Program-made: the position numbers and the translations under genes
Notes under the pieces: generated by a model
Database searches by the model: none
What the model saw: only the letters and a program-made list of their open reading frames with translations
Told to the model about the DNA's origin: nothing
In this document: piece after piece, positions 1-13,085 of the stretch
How the letters are laid out: the number at the start of each line of letters is the position of its first letter
Numbering within the stretch: position 1 is the stretch's first letter
DNA from: Isurus oxyrinchus
Lineage: Eukaryota
Reading direction: 5' to 3'
Length of the DNA stretch: 64,000 nt
Assembly: GCA_026770705.1 (NCBI GenBank)
Contig: JANJGN010000008.1
Span: 129,146,001 to 129,210,000, forward strand

Positions 1-591
1 TGATGCCAAAGGGTCACACGCTTTACGAGATTGTTCTGTTGGTTCCAACCTCTGGGTTGGAATTCAGCCTGGACTGAAGATCTCCTGTTGTCTGCCTTAG
101 GCTCACATTTCATCCAGTTCCTAATTATTACACAACACGGAACCCACAATGTGAAAACACAGCTTCTTTAGTAACAGGTGGCAAGTCCTGGGAAGATATG
201 GTCCAACGAGGATATTCATTTCAATTTGACTAAATTTCTGATAGAGGCAAATTTGTGATTGTTTGAAGCACTTTAATTTTGATTTGGAATGTTACATCCA
301 GTTTGTCCTCTCTGTCAAATGCACAACTTGATTCAACGATAAGGATTGGTCTTATCCATCTTTCTACAACTGGCCTGTATCAACTGATTACTCTTTATAA
401 ACACAAATGCTTTTGTTTTAATACTTTATGCTTCCTCTTGCCTGAGATTAATAAGAGTTTTGTAATTTAAGTGCTCCACACAAGCACTTTACAGCAGTTT
501 ATTTCTTTAACTCTGAGTATGTGTCTTTCTTGCTCCCTTCCTTTGACACTTTCTGATTGTGTTTAAACACAGCTCATTGCTAATTTCTGCC

Positions 592-698
592 AGTCTTGAC
601 AAAGGGTCAGCACATCTGTTATGTCAACTAGCCTGCTTGACCTGCTAGGTGTTACCAGCATTGTTTTCAGGCTTCCAACAGCTGTGGTATTTTTTCTT
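592..698 (+). mobile_element. Degraded PLE terminal-repeat remnant (eroded hammerhead region plus tail)
   Basis: agtcttgacaaagggtc...tgtcaact...gacctgctaggtgttaccagca...ttccaacagctgtggtatttttt is colinear with the PLE end at 19358-19494 but highly diverged. Confidence 0.5.
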
Positions 699-708
699 CA
701 TGAAGAAC

Positions 709-1800
709 AGGAAGTTGCAATTATAAAGCATCTTTAAAGTAAAGAAACATCCCAAGGCACCTCTCAGGAGGCATAATCAGGCAAAAATGAAAACCAAAGA
801 GCCAAAGAAGAAGATGTAGGAAAAGTGAAAAAAAGTTTGGTCATAGGGGTAGGTTTTAAGAATGGCCTTATTGATGGATGGGGAATTGGAGAGGTGGAGG
901 GTCTTAGGAATTCCATGGCATAAGAGCCAAGCAGTTGAAGGTTTGGCCACTACTGGTGGGGCTAGGTACAGTAGGAAGGACAAAAAGTATCAGAGGAATA
1001 CAGAGACAGAGGCAGCTCAATTGTAGGGCTAGCTGAGACTACAAAGATAGGAAGGATGTGACCAGGACAGATTTTTAATTGAAGGTTAAGAATTTAAAAA
1101 TGGTGGCATTAAAGGAGAGGTGCCAATGTAGGTCAATAAGGAGAGGCTCAGAAGTGAGTCAGGGTATTGGCAGCACTGTTTTGGATGAGCAGACGTTTAT
1201 AAATGGTGGTGAATAGAAGGCTGGCGAGGACATCGGAATAATCAAAACTAGAGATGATTGAGGCGTGAGTAATGGTTTCAGTGGCAGGTGACAAGTGACA
1301 GGGGCAGAGATGGGTGATGTCATGGAGGTGGACGTAAGCAGTATTTGTTCTGGAGAGGATATGGGTTCAGAAGCTCAGCTCTGAATGTTGAAATTGGAAG
1401 TGGTTTATTTCAGCCGGCGACAGCAGAGCGAGGGCAATGAATCAACAGCAAGTCAACAGCTTCAAGATTTCCGATGTTTAACTGGAAGAAATTTTGTCTC
1501 ACGTCTGACAACGCAGAGGCTGTGGAGAAAGCTGCTGGAAAGGTAAAGCTGAGAGTTCCAGCGTTTGTGTGGAAATTGACGCATGTCTGCAGATGATATC
1601 GCCAAACAGCAGCAAAGGGAAGGACCAAGGATAGATTCTTATGCAACTCCAGAGATAATAGTGCTGGGGTTGAAAAATAAGCCATTGCTGGACTTGCTTT
1701 GACAACAATCATATAGGAAACAGTGAAACCAAACGAGCAACCCTATCTAGCTGACAATGGAGAAAAGATTTTGGAAGAGGCAAATGTAGTCGACCGCATT
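709..1800 (-). mobile_element. L2-clade LINE 3' remnant
   Basis: Purine-rich antisense RT remnant; its 3' tail (catcccaaggcac) resembles the tail of the SINEs at 6275-6720 and 23740-24235; no intact ORF. Confidence 0.55.
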
Positions 1801-2567
1801 CAGTTTTACTCCCTTCCTGTGTAATGGGCTGCCTGATCTCTGTTCAGAAACAATCACAATTAAGAAAGGTTATTTGTAGTATTTAGCTTATTTTTCCCAC
1901 TAGGCTGAGCAGTCTAGATGTTGACTCTTTGTGCAAAGACGTACTACTTCATAAATAATCTTGAATTTGTCATTTATCATATTCTCATCTTGCCCTGCAG
2001 TTATGGTTTAACTTATAACTGTGTCCAGAAAAATCAGATTATTTTGTTCAATTTAGTATTTTCCTCTGTAAAGTCTCCGTTCAAAATCATACAATGTTTA
2101 TCTAGGTTGCACAATCCAACTTTTCCAACATTATTCTGACTTAAAAATGTGGAAATATCAGGACTGGATATGGAATGCTCTTGGCATCCTTGGGTTCCAA
2201 GTTGCTGTGCCACAATTTTCCCTGTCTATGACACACTGTAACAGCTCTAACTCACAGCACCTCAGGAAATTGTTTACTGCTCCCTTTCTCTTGATTTCTG
2301 ACAGCTTGTTACAAGTGGAACAATTAAACCCTCTCACCAGGAATTTCCTCAAAGCTTCTCCTGCTCCCCAGACATAACTTTGACGGAACTTCATCAGAAG
2401 ACCTACTTGCCCGTGCTGCTAAAATCTTGATTGATGTTATGGTGCCCAAGTTAGGGAATTCCAGACATGTGTCTCTCTGAATGGAATGGAATTAATTAAG
2501 GCTACAACAAAAACAAAAATACCTGGAAAAACTCAGCAGGTCTGGCATCATCTGTGGAGAGGAGCAC

Positions 2568-2606
2568 AGTTAAAGTTTCGAGTCCGAATGACCCTTCAAC
2601 AGAACT
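2568..2606 (-). ncRNA. Minimal hammerhead ribozyme motif (degenerate)
   Basis: Minus strand agtt-CTGTTGA-a-gggtc-attcg-gactc-GAAA-cttt-aact; helices I and II pair, helix III palindrome mutated. Confidence 0.6.
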
Positions 2607-2636
2607 AAGTAAAAATAAAAGAGAACATTTTTACTT

Positions 2637-2675
2637 AGTTCTGTTGAAAGGTCATTTGGACTTGAAACGTTAACT
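2637..2675 (+). ncRNA. Minimal hammerhead ribozyme motif
   Basis: agtt-CTGTTGA-a-aggtc-atttg-gactt-GAAA-cgtt-aact; AACGTT palindrome at helix III. Confidence 0.65.
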
Positions 2676-3576
2676 GTGTTCGTCTCCACAGATGCTGCCA
2701 GACCTGCTGAGTTTTTCCAGGTATTTTTGTTTTTGTTTTGGACTTCTGACATCCACAGTTTTTTGCTTTTAATTAAGGCTACAGTTGCTCTATACAACAC
2801 TTAGCTCTGATGACAATGAAGTAAATGGGTTAATGCCTGTATAGTCCTGCTGTTATGCCCTCGCTGATGAAGATTCAACATTAGACCAGATGCTAAAAAA
2901 CGGAATTCCCATATAATCCCTGTTGGCAGGAAACAGTGATAATCGAAGGACACAACAAGTTGAGCCATGATTGTGGCAATTTAGAAAGAGGCATCAGCAG
3001 TGTCCCGTCACAAGACCACAGCCCTGCTCTCCAAAACAAGGAATGCCAGCTTGCACAAGATGATTAAAGAAAGTTGAAAAACACCTAAACTGTGTTGAAT
3101 GTAGTGTTGAAAATATTGAATGGAACCTAGACCAGGGATCAAACCCTCCATAAAAATACCATACGAGAGAAATTTGAAACCAGGATTATAAATATCTGTC
3201 GAAAATGTCACCTCTACTCTTACAATTCAATTAACAATGAATCACATTTCACTATTCACTGCAACACATAATGAAGAGTCATTTCAAATAGAAAGCAACA
3301 GACAGATGAAAATTAAACAGAAAATGGTAGAGGATAAATTGGTAGAAAACAGGCCTGTTCTTGAATTGGTTGTTTAGGTCTCTCACGCTCGTCTGTGAAT
3401 GAAGAAATACAGATCTTTCCCAGGACTTCCAGTAGCAAAGGAGAGAACAAATAAAGCAGTCCAGATGTTGTATTGTGGAATATTCTCTAAGGGACCCAAA
3501 ACTAGAAGTCAATTGCAGGATTCTTAATGCAAGCAGATTAATAGGAAGAAAGCCAGATCATTAACAAGACAGAGAG

Positions 3577-4810
3577 GGGATTTTTAACTCCCAAGAACAG
3601 GTGGGTTGGAGACAGGTGGGCAGTTAAAGTAAGTTATTTTTAGATCATGACCACAACCTGGCTTCTACGTGCCCACTTCCAGCTTTAATGGAAGCATATT
3701 TTGGATGGCTGTAAGTAAACTACACACAGAAACTGAGATCTTTATTTGTGCTGGTGGGCCGGTACTTACTGCAGCATTTTACATTCTAAGGAGATGGTAA
3801 CGAGATAATTTTAAATTGAATTCTACAGACTTTAAATTTAGCATCTCCAACATGGGTTTCCCAGAGCTTTGGAAACTGACCAGTGAAACAGAGGTGAGAT
3901 TGATTCACAGTTCAGGTCGATATTTAAAGTTGCATTTGCTCCATCTGAATTAAAGCTCACATATTGCAGCTGGTATCTCAGCTCCTTCTGGCAAAGGTTT
4001 GGCAGAAATGTTTGGTGTTCACATAACTTTTTCTAAATGTTAGAGACTCTGAACTGACAATATTAGGACAGGAGACACTTTGGTTGTGTTTGATAGCACA
4101 TTAGATGAGGAAACCCACCATCACTGTGGCAGCAATGACATGCTGTGGTGCGGTTAAGCAGGTGCACAAGACAGCGGTGCACAGCAGACAGAGAGGTGCA
4201 CAGGAGGTAAGAGGCTAACAGCAGGAGGCAAGGCTGCAGGATGCACTATCCACATAACAGGACGTTCAGAGAGAAGCTCAGCTTCCTTGACTTCTTAGAG
4301 AAGCGCTACTTCAATGTCAGGTGGCAATAGACACCTGCAGCCTCTGAGGAGCAATTCTGCTACCTGCTGGACCCAGCTAACACACATTGCCAGCAGCTGA
4401 GAAACACAGCTGCTTTGGTTCTGCTTTCCTCCACAATGCTACCAGAGGCAAATCAATAGTCTTACAGCCCAATGGACGTAAGTGCATTAGGCAGATATTG
4501 GATCAATTGTTTGCCAGGACTGGGGCTTATGCAAACTTCCCCTGTGATGATGACAATAGCCAGAATGAGCAGACACTTGAATTTGGCTGTACCCACAGGC
4601 ATAAAGTACCAATGGTTGCAACCAGAAGTTTTCATCAATCACAAACAATATTCATCCATCAATGCAGCAGCAAGAAGATGTGTGCCAAATTCCCTGGTAG
4701 AGATCATGGTAAGTTTATATGGAGGCAGTCAAACATTCCTTATCTTTTTGTTCCAGGAAGTAAACTTAAAGGCTGACTTCTTTAAACTTGGAGCATGGAA
4801 ACCCTGAGAG
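3577..4810 (+). mobile_element. PIF/Harbinger transposon remnant with decayed transposase
   Basis: Fragments QPEVFINHKQYSSINA and CAKFPGRDH resemble Harbinger transposase motifs N-RKG-HS-N and FPGS-HD; boundaries approximate. Confidence 0.5.
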
Positions 4811-4819
4811 CTCAACCAC

Positions 4820-5130
4820 AACTAAAAGGCCTATTAAGGCCATTAAATTATCAACTAAGTTGAATTTTTTTCTGCCTGTCCAACCACACGATTAGCGGGC
4901 AGGCGAAAAGCCCAAGCGGCCTTTCCGTGTTTTAGGAAGCCTCATCCACTAGTGGAATGAGGTTTCCTAAAGCAAATAAAAATAAAATGAAAAATTTAAA
5001 ACTTAATTAATAACATGTCCCTGCTCATGTGACAGAGTCACATGATGGTGACATGTTTCATTACATGTTTATTTCCTTTGTTTTTATAACTTTTCTTCTC
5101 CCTGAGGCAGCTCTGTGCCTCAGGGAGATT
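4820..5130 (-). mobile_element. Fragment of the Harbinger-type MITE family seen at 53053-53755
   Basis: Shares gaggtttcct, aacatgtccc...catgtgac and cctgaggca blocks with 53290-53600. Confidence 0.55.
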
Positions 5131-5439
5131 ATGGAGCATGTAAATGAACAGCTCTAAGGATGAGCTGAACCCTGTTTGCTTGCATTTTGTTCTCGTAGTT
5201 CCAGTGTCCAAGAACCACTGTAAGGAGGAAGGGACAGAAGACACAAATTTGTCCTTTTCAATCAGAGCGGTTCCAAAGATAGCTGACAGAGAGAGCTGTG
5301 AAGTGGAAAAGTTCATGCTTTAGTACAAGAGTGGCTACTTTTTGTTTTTTGCCTGGAGTAGAGATAGTTCTAGTCTGTAACTGGGTGATACTGACACCTC
5401 AGTAGTTCCTCTGGTTGCTATATATTAACAACATTGCAA

Positions 5440-6055
5440 ACATAATGAGAGGGTTTTTCTACAATTTCCCAAAAATACCAAATGCTGGGAATTTTCCTGC
5501 CCTACTGTCAACCCTCTCCTCAAAAAGAATACCCTTTACCCCTCTATAAATACAAACTAAAGCTCTTTCTCCAACCTTTTACCTCCTCGCTAGTGCCTTT
5601 GAATGTGCTGTCACCTCTGCAGCCTGAGCCCATCCTTCCATCAAGTCAATCTTTGCACTTTCCCAATTAGTTTCTGCCCCTGCTACAGTGCTAAAATGAC
5701 CCTTGTGAAAATCACAAATAATATTCTCTGTGACTGTATTGCATTATCCCTCTCATTAGTTTCAACCTCTCTGCAGACTTTGTCAAAACTGACTGCACCA
5801 TCCTCCTCCAAAGCCTCCCTCTATTGTTCAGCTGAGTGGGACTGCTCTTGTCTAGTTTCACATTTGTCTATTTGTAGGCAGAAAATCACTTGCAATGGCA
5901 TGTTTTCCCACTCCTACACTGATACTATCTGAATTCCCGAAGGATCCATCCTCACCCCCTCCTTCTATCTCTTATCTAAATACTGCCTCTTGGTAACATC
6001 TTCCAAAGGTAATGTCAGGTTCTAAGTTTATGCTGATGACACAGCTCTAACTCAT
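5440..6055 (+). mobile_element. L2-clade LINE RT remnant
   Basis: Decayed RT-like text (fragment SAKMTLVKITNNIL; tatgctgatgacac = YADD) broken by stops and frameshifts. Confidence 0.55.
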
Positions 6056-6274
6056 TGTTGGATAATTCCTTTCTTTTGTTAAATTTAAATAATAGATTTG
6101 AAAAGCTACAATCACCTTCAACTATTATTGTTTCAAATACTTCATACAGCCCTGCATGCAGCCTCACATCTAATACTTATTTATGAAGAACTGTAGAAAT
6201 GATGAGCATTGTTAGCCCAAGCGTCTTCCTGCTAATTCACCTTGAAGATAGTCGAAGTTCCAAAGAGTTTTCAA

Positions 6275-6720
6275 AGAAAGAAAAACTCATATTTCTATAA
6301 TGCCTTTCAAGATCACAAAACATTCCAAATCATTATAGCCAATAAGGTACTTCTAAAGTAGTTGTTGTTGTAATGTACATGACAGCCAATTTGCACGCAG
6401 TAAGCTCCCAAGTAAAAAAAATGTGATAATGACCAGATAATTGTTTCTGAAGTGCTGATTCAGGAATGAATATTAGATAGCTCCCCTGCTCTTCTTCAAA
6501 ATAGTATCCTGGGATCTTATACCTCCTACTGAGAGGGAAGACAGGTGCTTGGTTTAACATTTCATCTGAAAGACGGCACCTCTAATAGTGCTGCACTCTC
6601 TCAGTATTGCACTGCAGTGTCAGCCTCGATTTTTGTGCTTAAGTCCTGGAATGGGACTTTGAAACTATAACCTCTGAGTCGGAGGTGTAAATGCTATTAA
6701 ATGAGCTACAGGTGACACAC
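6275..6720 (-). mobile_element. tRNA-derived SINE (Deu-domain/SacSINE1-like)
   Basis: Minus strand begins gtgtcacctgtagctca (A-box-like) with B-box-like gtttcaaagtccc; colinear with copies at 23740-24235 and 62995-63590. Confidence 0.65.
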
Positions 6721-6834
6721 TGTCATAGCTATTTTATAATTCATTTTCATTACAACTATATTGGTTGTTTTATCAACCCTAGATTATTGAAATGATTGCT
6801 GGGCCCTTTTGTTCTGTTACATTATACCGATGTT

Positions 6835-8235
6835 TTCTACCTCTGTACCTCTGGAATATGTTGAGCCTTCCCATGGCAGCCACCCCTCTCAAAAGGCCAC
6901 CATTGACGAGGAGATTTAACACTGGATCAACTCTGCCTGCATAGCCTTCTACAAACTATGGCAGTGAGTGTTTGATGACAAAGACCTCCACAAGTCAACA
7001 AAAGTCCTAGTGTACAGAATAGTTGCTGTTACCACACTCCTGAACTGCAGTGAGACCTAGACTGTGTATCAGTGACACATTAAAAATAGGAACAGGGGTA
7101 GACCACTCAACCCCTCAAGCCTGCTCCGCCATTCAATAAGATCATGGCTGATCTTCTTACGTTTCAATTTCCACATTCCCATCTACTCCCGATAACCTTT
7201 GATTGCCCTGCCTAACAAGAATCTATCTACCTCTGCCTTAAAAATATTCAATGACCCTGCCTCCACCAGCTTCTGAGGCAGAGAGTTCCAAGGTCGCACA
7301 ACCCTCTGAGAGAAAAAAATTCCCTCATCCCTATCCGAAAAGGGCGAGCCCTAATTTTAAAGCAGTGCCCCCTGGTTCTGGACTCACCCACAAGACGAAA
7401 CATCCTAGCGACATCCACTTTGTCAAAGCCATTCAGGATCTTGTATACTTCAATCAAATCAACCCTCACTCTCCTAAACTCCAATGGGTACAAGCCTAGT
7501 CTGTACAACCTTTCCTCATAAGACAACTCACTCATTCCAGGTATCAATCTAATAAACCTCCTTTGAACCACCTCCAATGCATTTACATCCTTCCTTAAAC
7601 AAAGAGGCCAAAACAGCACACATTATTTGAGGTGGTCTCACCAATGCCCTGCATAAGAATGCTGGAGAAATTCCATTAGCAATGCCTCTGCCACATCATC
7701 TAGATTCAAAGGAAGGGTACCATCAAACAAATGTAGTGTCCTTCTTGAAGCCAGCTCCACAAGCATTCAGGCATAAGTCCTATAAAATCAGCTTCAGGAG
7801 ACTGGACACTGTGTCTGGATAGCGAAGAAGCATCTGTCCCACCAGGTCTTGCTTTCTCAACTCTCGAATGGCCAGGGGAAAACAAAGAAAATACTTCAAA
7901 GACTCTCTGACGATCCCCTTGAAGCACATCAACATTGACATTAATGAGGAGCGTTCTATCAATTGTTCAAAATGGAGACAACTTGTCCATCAAGCTGCAG
8001 CACACTTTGAGTAACAACGTCTTAATGAAGATGCAGAGCAGCAGGAGAAAAGGAAATGTATGGAAACAAACCCTGCGCTCCAGATCCCACTACCTCGTGA
8101 AACACCCTGACCCATATGACCAAAGAACTTTGGGTCGAGTATCAGCCTATTCAATCACATGAAGACCCACGGCATAAATGGGCAGCCCTGACTAGACGTC
8201 ATCCTTGAATTAGAGGACAGCACAGATGATGATCT
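6835..8235 (+). mobile_element. RTE-clade LINE 3' remnant, interrupted by a CR1 at 7077-7655
   Basis: Decayed RT C-terminal text (cattgacgaggagatt = IDEEI; agtgtttgatgac; GKQRKYFKDSL) continues on both sides of the CR1. Confidence 0.55.
7077..7655 (-). mobile_element. CR1 LINE 3' fragment
   Basis: ORF 7248-7619: KDVNALEVVQRRFIRLIPGMSELSYEERL-RLGLYPLEFRR, typical CR1 ORF2 C-terminus, followed by a CR1-type 3' UTR. Confidence 0.9.
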
Positions 8236-8559
8236 ATGTTTTCTATCTTTGTTATTCCCCTTTGTTGCACAATCCTTTGATGCCATATCTCTTGAAATCT
8301 CTATTGTAGAAAGAACCAGATTCTGTATTTATCCTGCAGTACTTTCCATCTGTTACCCTGCTGAAATAAAGGCATGTCTTTTAAAAGCTTGTGTGTTTCA
8401 ACATAATAACCCTTTTAACTCCCTATATCATAATTAGGGCTAGCTGCCTTATTTATTTAATAACCAAATATACCTATCCTTACATGAATACCTTTGGCCT
8501 TGAAATCCCTCTCCCTCCAATGTTATCTGTGTCACTGAAGGGGAAAAAAAGGATGTTCA

Positions 8560-8730
8560 TGTATACTAATATGTTGCTGTTTGTGGCACCATGTAGTGCA
8601 TAAATTTTCTGCCATGTTTCCTACATCACAATGGCGACTGAATTTCAAAAGTATTTCATTGACTGTAAAGTGATTTGGGGTGTCCTGAGGTCATGATAAG
8701 AGCTACATAAATCCAAGTCCATTTTTTTTC
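8560..8730 (+). mobile_element. 3' part of Deu-type SINE
   Basis: Colinear with 24075-24235. Confidence 0.55.
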
Positions 8731-10584
8731 ATGCAACCCCCATGAGTTGAGCTGAGCCCTGTTCAGGTCCTCCTTCACCCACAAACATATGAGCCAACCT
8801 TGGCTAATGCTTGTGCTGGCTGTTTGGCTGGTCCTCCCAGTCTCTGAGCCCTGGTATGGTGAGAGTGATTGAGACAGGGGGCCTGCAATTCTGGGGGTTG
8901 AATGGCTACACTCTGCTTGTTGGGTGGTGGTGGGGAGAGGCACAAGGTGGTAAGGATTAGGATTAGGATAATCTAGTTGCATTGTAGGGGAGCCCCCTAC
9001 TTAGCATTTTTTCAGGGAATTAGAGAAGCTTATGCACAATTTGAACAGTGCGCAGCGTCCTTTGTGCTGGCCAGCTGCACTGAAGTGAGCAAATCGCCTT
9101 GGCTTCCATTGAAGGCCTCAAGCCTCCATACCTAACAATACACAAGGCATTTGCCATCAAATTATTAGCCCATCGTGACCAGAAGGACTTTAACCCAGCC
9201 CAAAACCTTAAACTTAGACCAGGTACAGGCAACTCTCTACTTTCCTGAAAGCAAGTAAGAAATGCAGATGATTGGAAGAAAAAAATGCTGCACTGAAAGA
9301 GTGTGTGTATATTTATCAGGCAGTTCATTAAATGGAGCTGACTGTGATAATTTTTTGGTGATATATTATTTAATAATTTCAGTCAATGAATAAGTAATTA
9401 TGCTTTAGAAGACACAAATTAAAGAGCGTAGATCAGAGCCTTGGGAATGTGGCTGCATAGTTCATTGAAGGAGATAAATTGGGAATTGCAAGATTGTTTC
9501 CTTAGGGAGGCTGCACTATTTCTTAGATATTACAATTGCTGAAAGCGCCATCAGTTTTGCACAAGTGTACGCCATTTGTTTTAGGAAACCAAAGTTGATT
9601 TAGTGCTTTGATGCCTAATGTAATGTTTCAAAGCTTGCAACTTCTACTTAAAGCATTTGCTGAACAGCAAAGTGAGTGATTGGTGAAAAGCAAGCTTCAG
9701 AGGAACAGGGTTAAATGTTACGTCACCAGAGAATGCCAATGGGGTTGGACTTGGCCTGTGTGGTATTAGCATCAAATCAGGTGATGCATTTGTGTATGAT
9801 GAATGGTGACTCCTTTGTTAAAATAAAGCAGCCATATTATCATGTGAATGAATAATCACCCACAGTGTACGCTAAATAATTGTCTTTGTAAACAGTTCAA
9901 ATAAATTGCCCAAGGCCTTTAACCTTGCACCCATCACCAGCTCCCACCCTCGCCCCCATCACCCACAGGTAACTTCTGCCTTCTTCAGCTATGGGTGGCA
10001 ACTCACACTGAGGCTTAGTTCTACGGATGCCAGCACCTCTCCTGTGCCATGTTCAAATGTGAATACCGGAGGGCAGTTTGACTAAAAGCGCCTCACGGAT
10101 GAGCTCAGTGTTAACCATCCAAAGTCATCATGCTTGCCCATCTTCCAGGAATGCTTGTCAACAGTCAGCAGTGAGGCCAACTATAATGATCAAATTTCTG
10201 TTCTTGCTGAAATAAGTTACTGATTCAAAACCTTAAATCAAAGTGATAGTGTTGTATTTATGTAGCTTGAAGAGGGAAGCTCAGCCTGTAAGGGACAACT
10301 GACTCTGAGGGATAACTCTGTGGTAATTGTGTTTTTGTGATTTTGTAGTGGGGGAGTCGAGCTGCCTGCGTGGGCCTGAACACTGGACGTTGCTGTTGCC
10401 ATGGTGGTGATCAGTCGGGTCAGGTGCAGCCTCGCTGTAGCAGTGGGGGGGGGGGGCGTGGGGTGAGTGGACTTTCCTGCACCCCGGGTCCTCTAGGGAT
10501 TGGAGAGCTATTTCACAGTGCTCACAGGAGGCAGAGCCAGTGCCATGGGTGTGAAGCGAATGGGGTGGAGGTGAACTTTCAACA

Positions 10585-11289
10585 TAAAGGCAAAAAACTG
10601 TGGATGGTGGAAATCCAAAATAAAAACAAAAATACCTGGAAAAACTCAGCAGGTCTGGGCAGCATGTGCGAGAGGAACACAGTTAACATTTCGAGTCCGA
10701 CTGACCCATCGACAGAACTAAGTAAAAATAGAACAAAGGTGAAATATAAGCTGGTTTAAGGGTGGGTGGGACAAGTAGAGCTGGATAGAGGGCCAGTGAT
10801 AGGTGGAGATAACCAAAAGCAGTCACAGACAAAAGAACAATGAGGTGTTGAAGCTGGTGATATTATCTAAGGAATGTGCTAATTAAGGGTAGAAAGCAGG
10901 ACAAGCAAGGTACAAATAGACCTAGTGGGGGTGGGGTGGGGTGAAGGAATCGAAAAAGGCTAAAAGGTAGAGATAAAACAATGGATGGAAATATATTTAA
11001 AAATAATGGAAATAGGTGGGAGAAGAAAAATCTGTATAAATTATTGGCAAAAAAGGGGGCTATCGGAAAGGGGGAGGGAGGGGATGGAGGAGAGAGTTCA
11101 TGATCTAAAATTGTTGAACTCAATATTCAGTCCAGAAGGCTGTAAAGTGCCTAGTGGAGGATGAGGTGCTGTTCCTCCAGTTTGTGTTGAGCTTCACTGG
11201 AACAATGCAGCTGGCCAAGGACAGACATGTGGGCATGAGAGCAGGGTGGAGTGTTGAAATGGCAAGTGACAGGGAGGTCTGGGTAATGC
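10585..11289 (-). mobile_element. Older 5'-truncated PLE (family A-related): endonuclease C-terminus, 3' UTR, hammerhead, long tail
   Basis: 11095-11289 aligns with 13080-13280 (GLNIEFNNFRS end); terminal repeat 10585-10760 includes the tail extension. Confidence 0.9.
10681..10719 (-). ncRNA. Minimal hammerhead ribozyme motif
   Basis: agtt-CTGTCGA-t-gggtc-agtcg-gactc-GAAA-tgtt-aact. Confidence 0.6.
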
Positions 11290-11737
11290 ATTCGATTTTC
11301 CAAATAACATTCTTTTAACTTTAAATATTTGGCACCAGTGGATTAAAAAGTCACTGAACTGGATGCGTTCAGTGTGCTTTGTCCTGTTTTACAATTGTTT
11401 CAAAATATTTCGTGTTTTATTTCTGAAAAAAAAACTAAGGTGTTAAACTAAGACTTTAGCTCGCTATAGTTCTGTTGTAAGTGGAATTAAATATGTCACA
11501 TCATTATTTAAAGTGTTACGAACAGGGGAGTTGTGGAATAATTTCCCCTTTTTCTCACCTCTCGACTGACCACATCAGGACGTATTTTTGAGAAGGAGGG
11601 TGCTCTAATCCCTGGAGTGCTGTAAGTGCTGTAAGAAAAGGCACAAAACAGGCTTTCGTGTAAATTTAGATGAAAAGGGCAAACATTTACTGGCACAACA
11701 TACGGAATGTAATCGCAACAAACACCCACTCTTCATG

Positions 11738-11770
11738 CACACAACACACACACACACACACACACACACA
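11738..11770. repeat. (CA)n microsatellite
   Basis: Direct observation. Confidence 0.95.
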
Positions 11771-12650
11771 AATGTAAGAAAAGAAGATTGCAAAAAAAGA
11801 GATAGCAAGCACCCGAGAATTCACTTTTACTTTAGTCCTTCAATATAGTCATTGGAAGCGTTGCAGGCCTGAGAATTTTCGTTTTGGTTCTCTGAAGAAA
11901 ACCTAAGGTCGGAGGTTTCTGCTGATGAATTCACAATGGTTCACTTCAAGCAACCGCAAGTTTCTGGCTTTTCCCGTCAAAGTTGGTCAAGCCCATATAG
12001 TGAGAAGTTATAATCTTGCAGGTAAAACGAATTAGCCCTACCTCTCTCCCTGTGATGGATTTTCTGGGCAGGATCCTCTTTTTTGCTGGGTGAGATAGCT
12101 TCTCCCTGATCTTCAAGAATGACACATCTGGCCAGACTGAGAATTACACCTCTCTGAGGTATTTTTAACTATGAAAAATGGGTGGTAACAGATGAGTCTC
12201 CTGTTATGCACCTTGCCCGATCGGATCAGCTGCTGCTGCTGGTTTCAGACGATCGTCGATAGCTAAACTCATCCCCAGTGAATTTGGAATCTTGCCTGGT
12301 GTGAAATCGCAATCATAGATTACAGAGAACAAAATAGATTGGTACACTAACGTGGGGAGTGAAATTACTGATAACTCTTTCTTAAGGCTTTGGTGAACTT
12401 TTGAAGCTTTTTTTTTGCCGGAGTAATTAAATGACCAGGACGAGTTCAGTCATTGGACTATAAAATTGGATTATACAATAAATTACCAACTAATCTATCT
12501 GGTACTGTCTCCATTCAACTCATTGCAAATGTTGCAGTAACCACCCTCATTCTTTCTGTTGGTGAGAGAAGGCTGTCAGGAAGTACAAAACAAAAACAGA
12601 ATTACCTGGAAAAACTCAGCAGGTCTGGCAGCATCGGCGGAGAAGAAAAG

Positions 12651-12689
12651 AGTTGACGTTTCGAGTCTTCATGACCCTTCGACAGAACT
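12651..12689 (-). ncRNA. Minimal type I hammerhead ribozyme motif (PLE family A)
   Basis: agtt-CTGTCGA-a-gggtc-atgaa-gactc-GAAA-cGTC-aact; predicted cleavage between 12655 and 12654. Confidence 0.75.
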
Positions 12690-13085
12690 TGATTTCGAGT
12701 CCAGGAAAGAGTTGAAATATAAGTTGGTTTAAGGTGTGTGGGGGGGGGGGGGGGGGGGGCGCGGAGAGAGAGAGAGAGACAGAGGTGCTTGTGTAGACAA
12801 ACAAGCAGTGATAGAAGCAGATCATCAAAAGATGTCAGTGACAATGGGACAAAAGAACACATAGGTGTTAAAGTTAAAGTTGGTGATATTATCTAAACGA
12901 ATGTGCTAATTAAGAATGGATGGTAGGGCACTCAAGGTACAGCTCTAGTGGGGGTGGGGGGAGCATAAAAGATTTTAAAATATTTAAAAATAAGTGGGAA
13001 AAGAAAAATCTGTAAAATTTATAGGGAAAAAAAGGGGGGAAAAAAAGGGGGGAAACAGAAAGGGGGTGGGGATGGGGGAGGGAGC

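Larger units (their letters stand above)
2507..2768. mobile_element. Miniature inverted PLE insertion (family A-related): two head-to-head terminal repeats
   Basis: Arms 2507-2616 and 2627-2737 are reverse complements with a 10-nt spacer; the right arm has an extra ~31-nt tail; 15-bp direct repeat ttaattaaggctaca at 2492-2506 and 2769-2783. Confidence 0.9.

Noticed and set aside
5198-5322. Plus-strand acceptor followed by a ~40-codon open frame
   Set aside because: No recognisable homology, abuts transposon debris, no donor or gene context.
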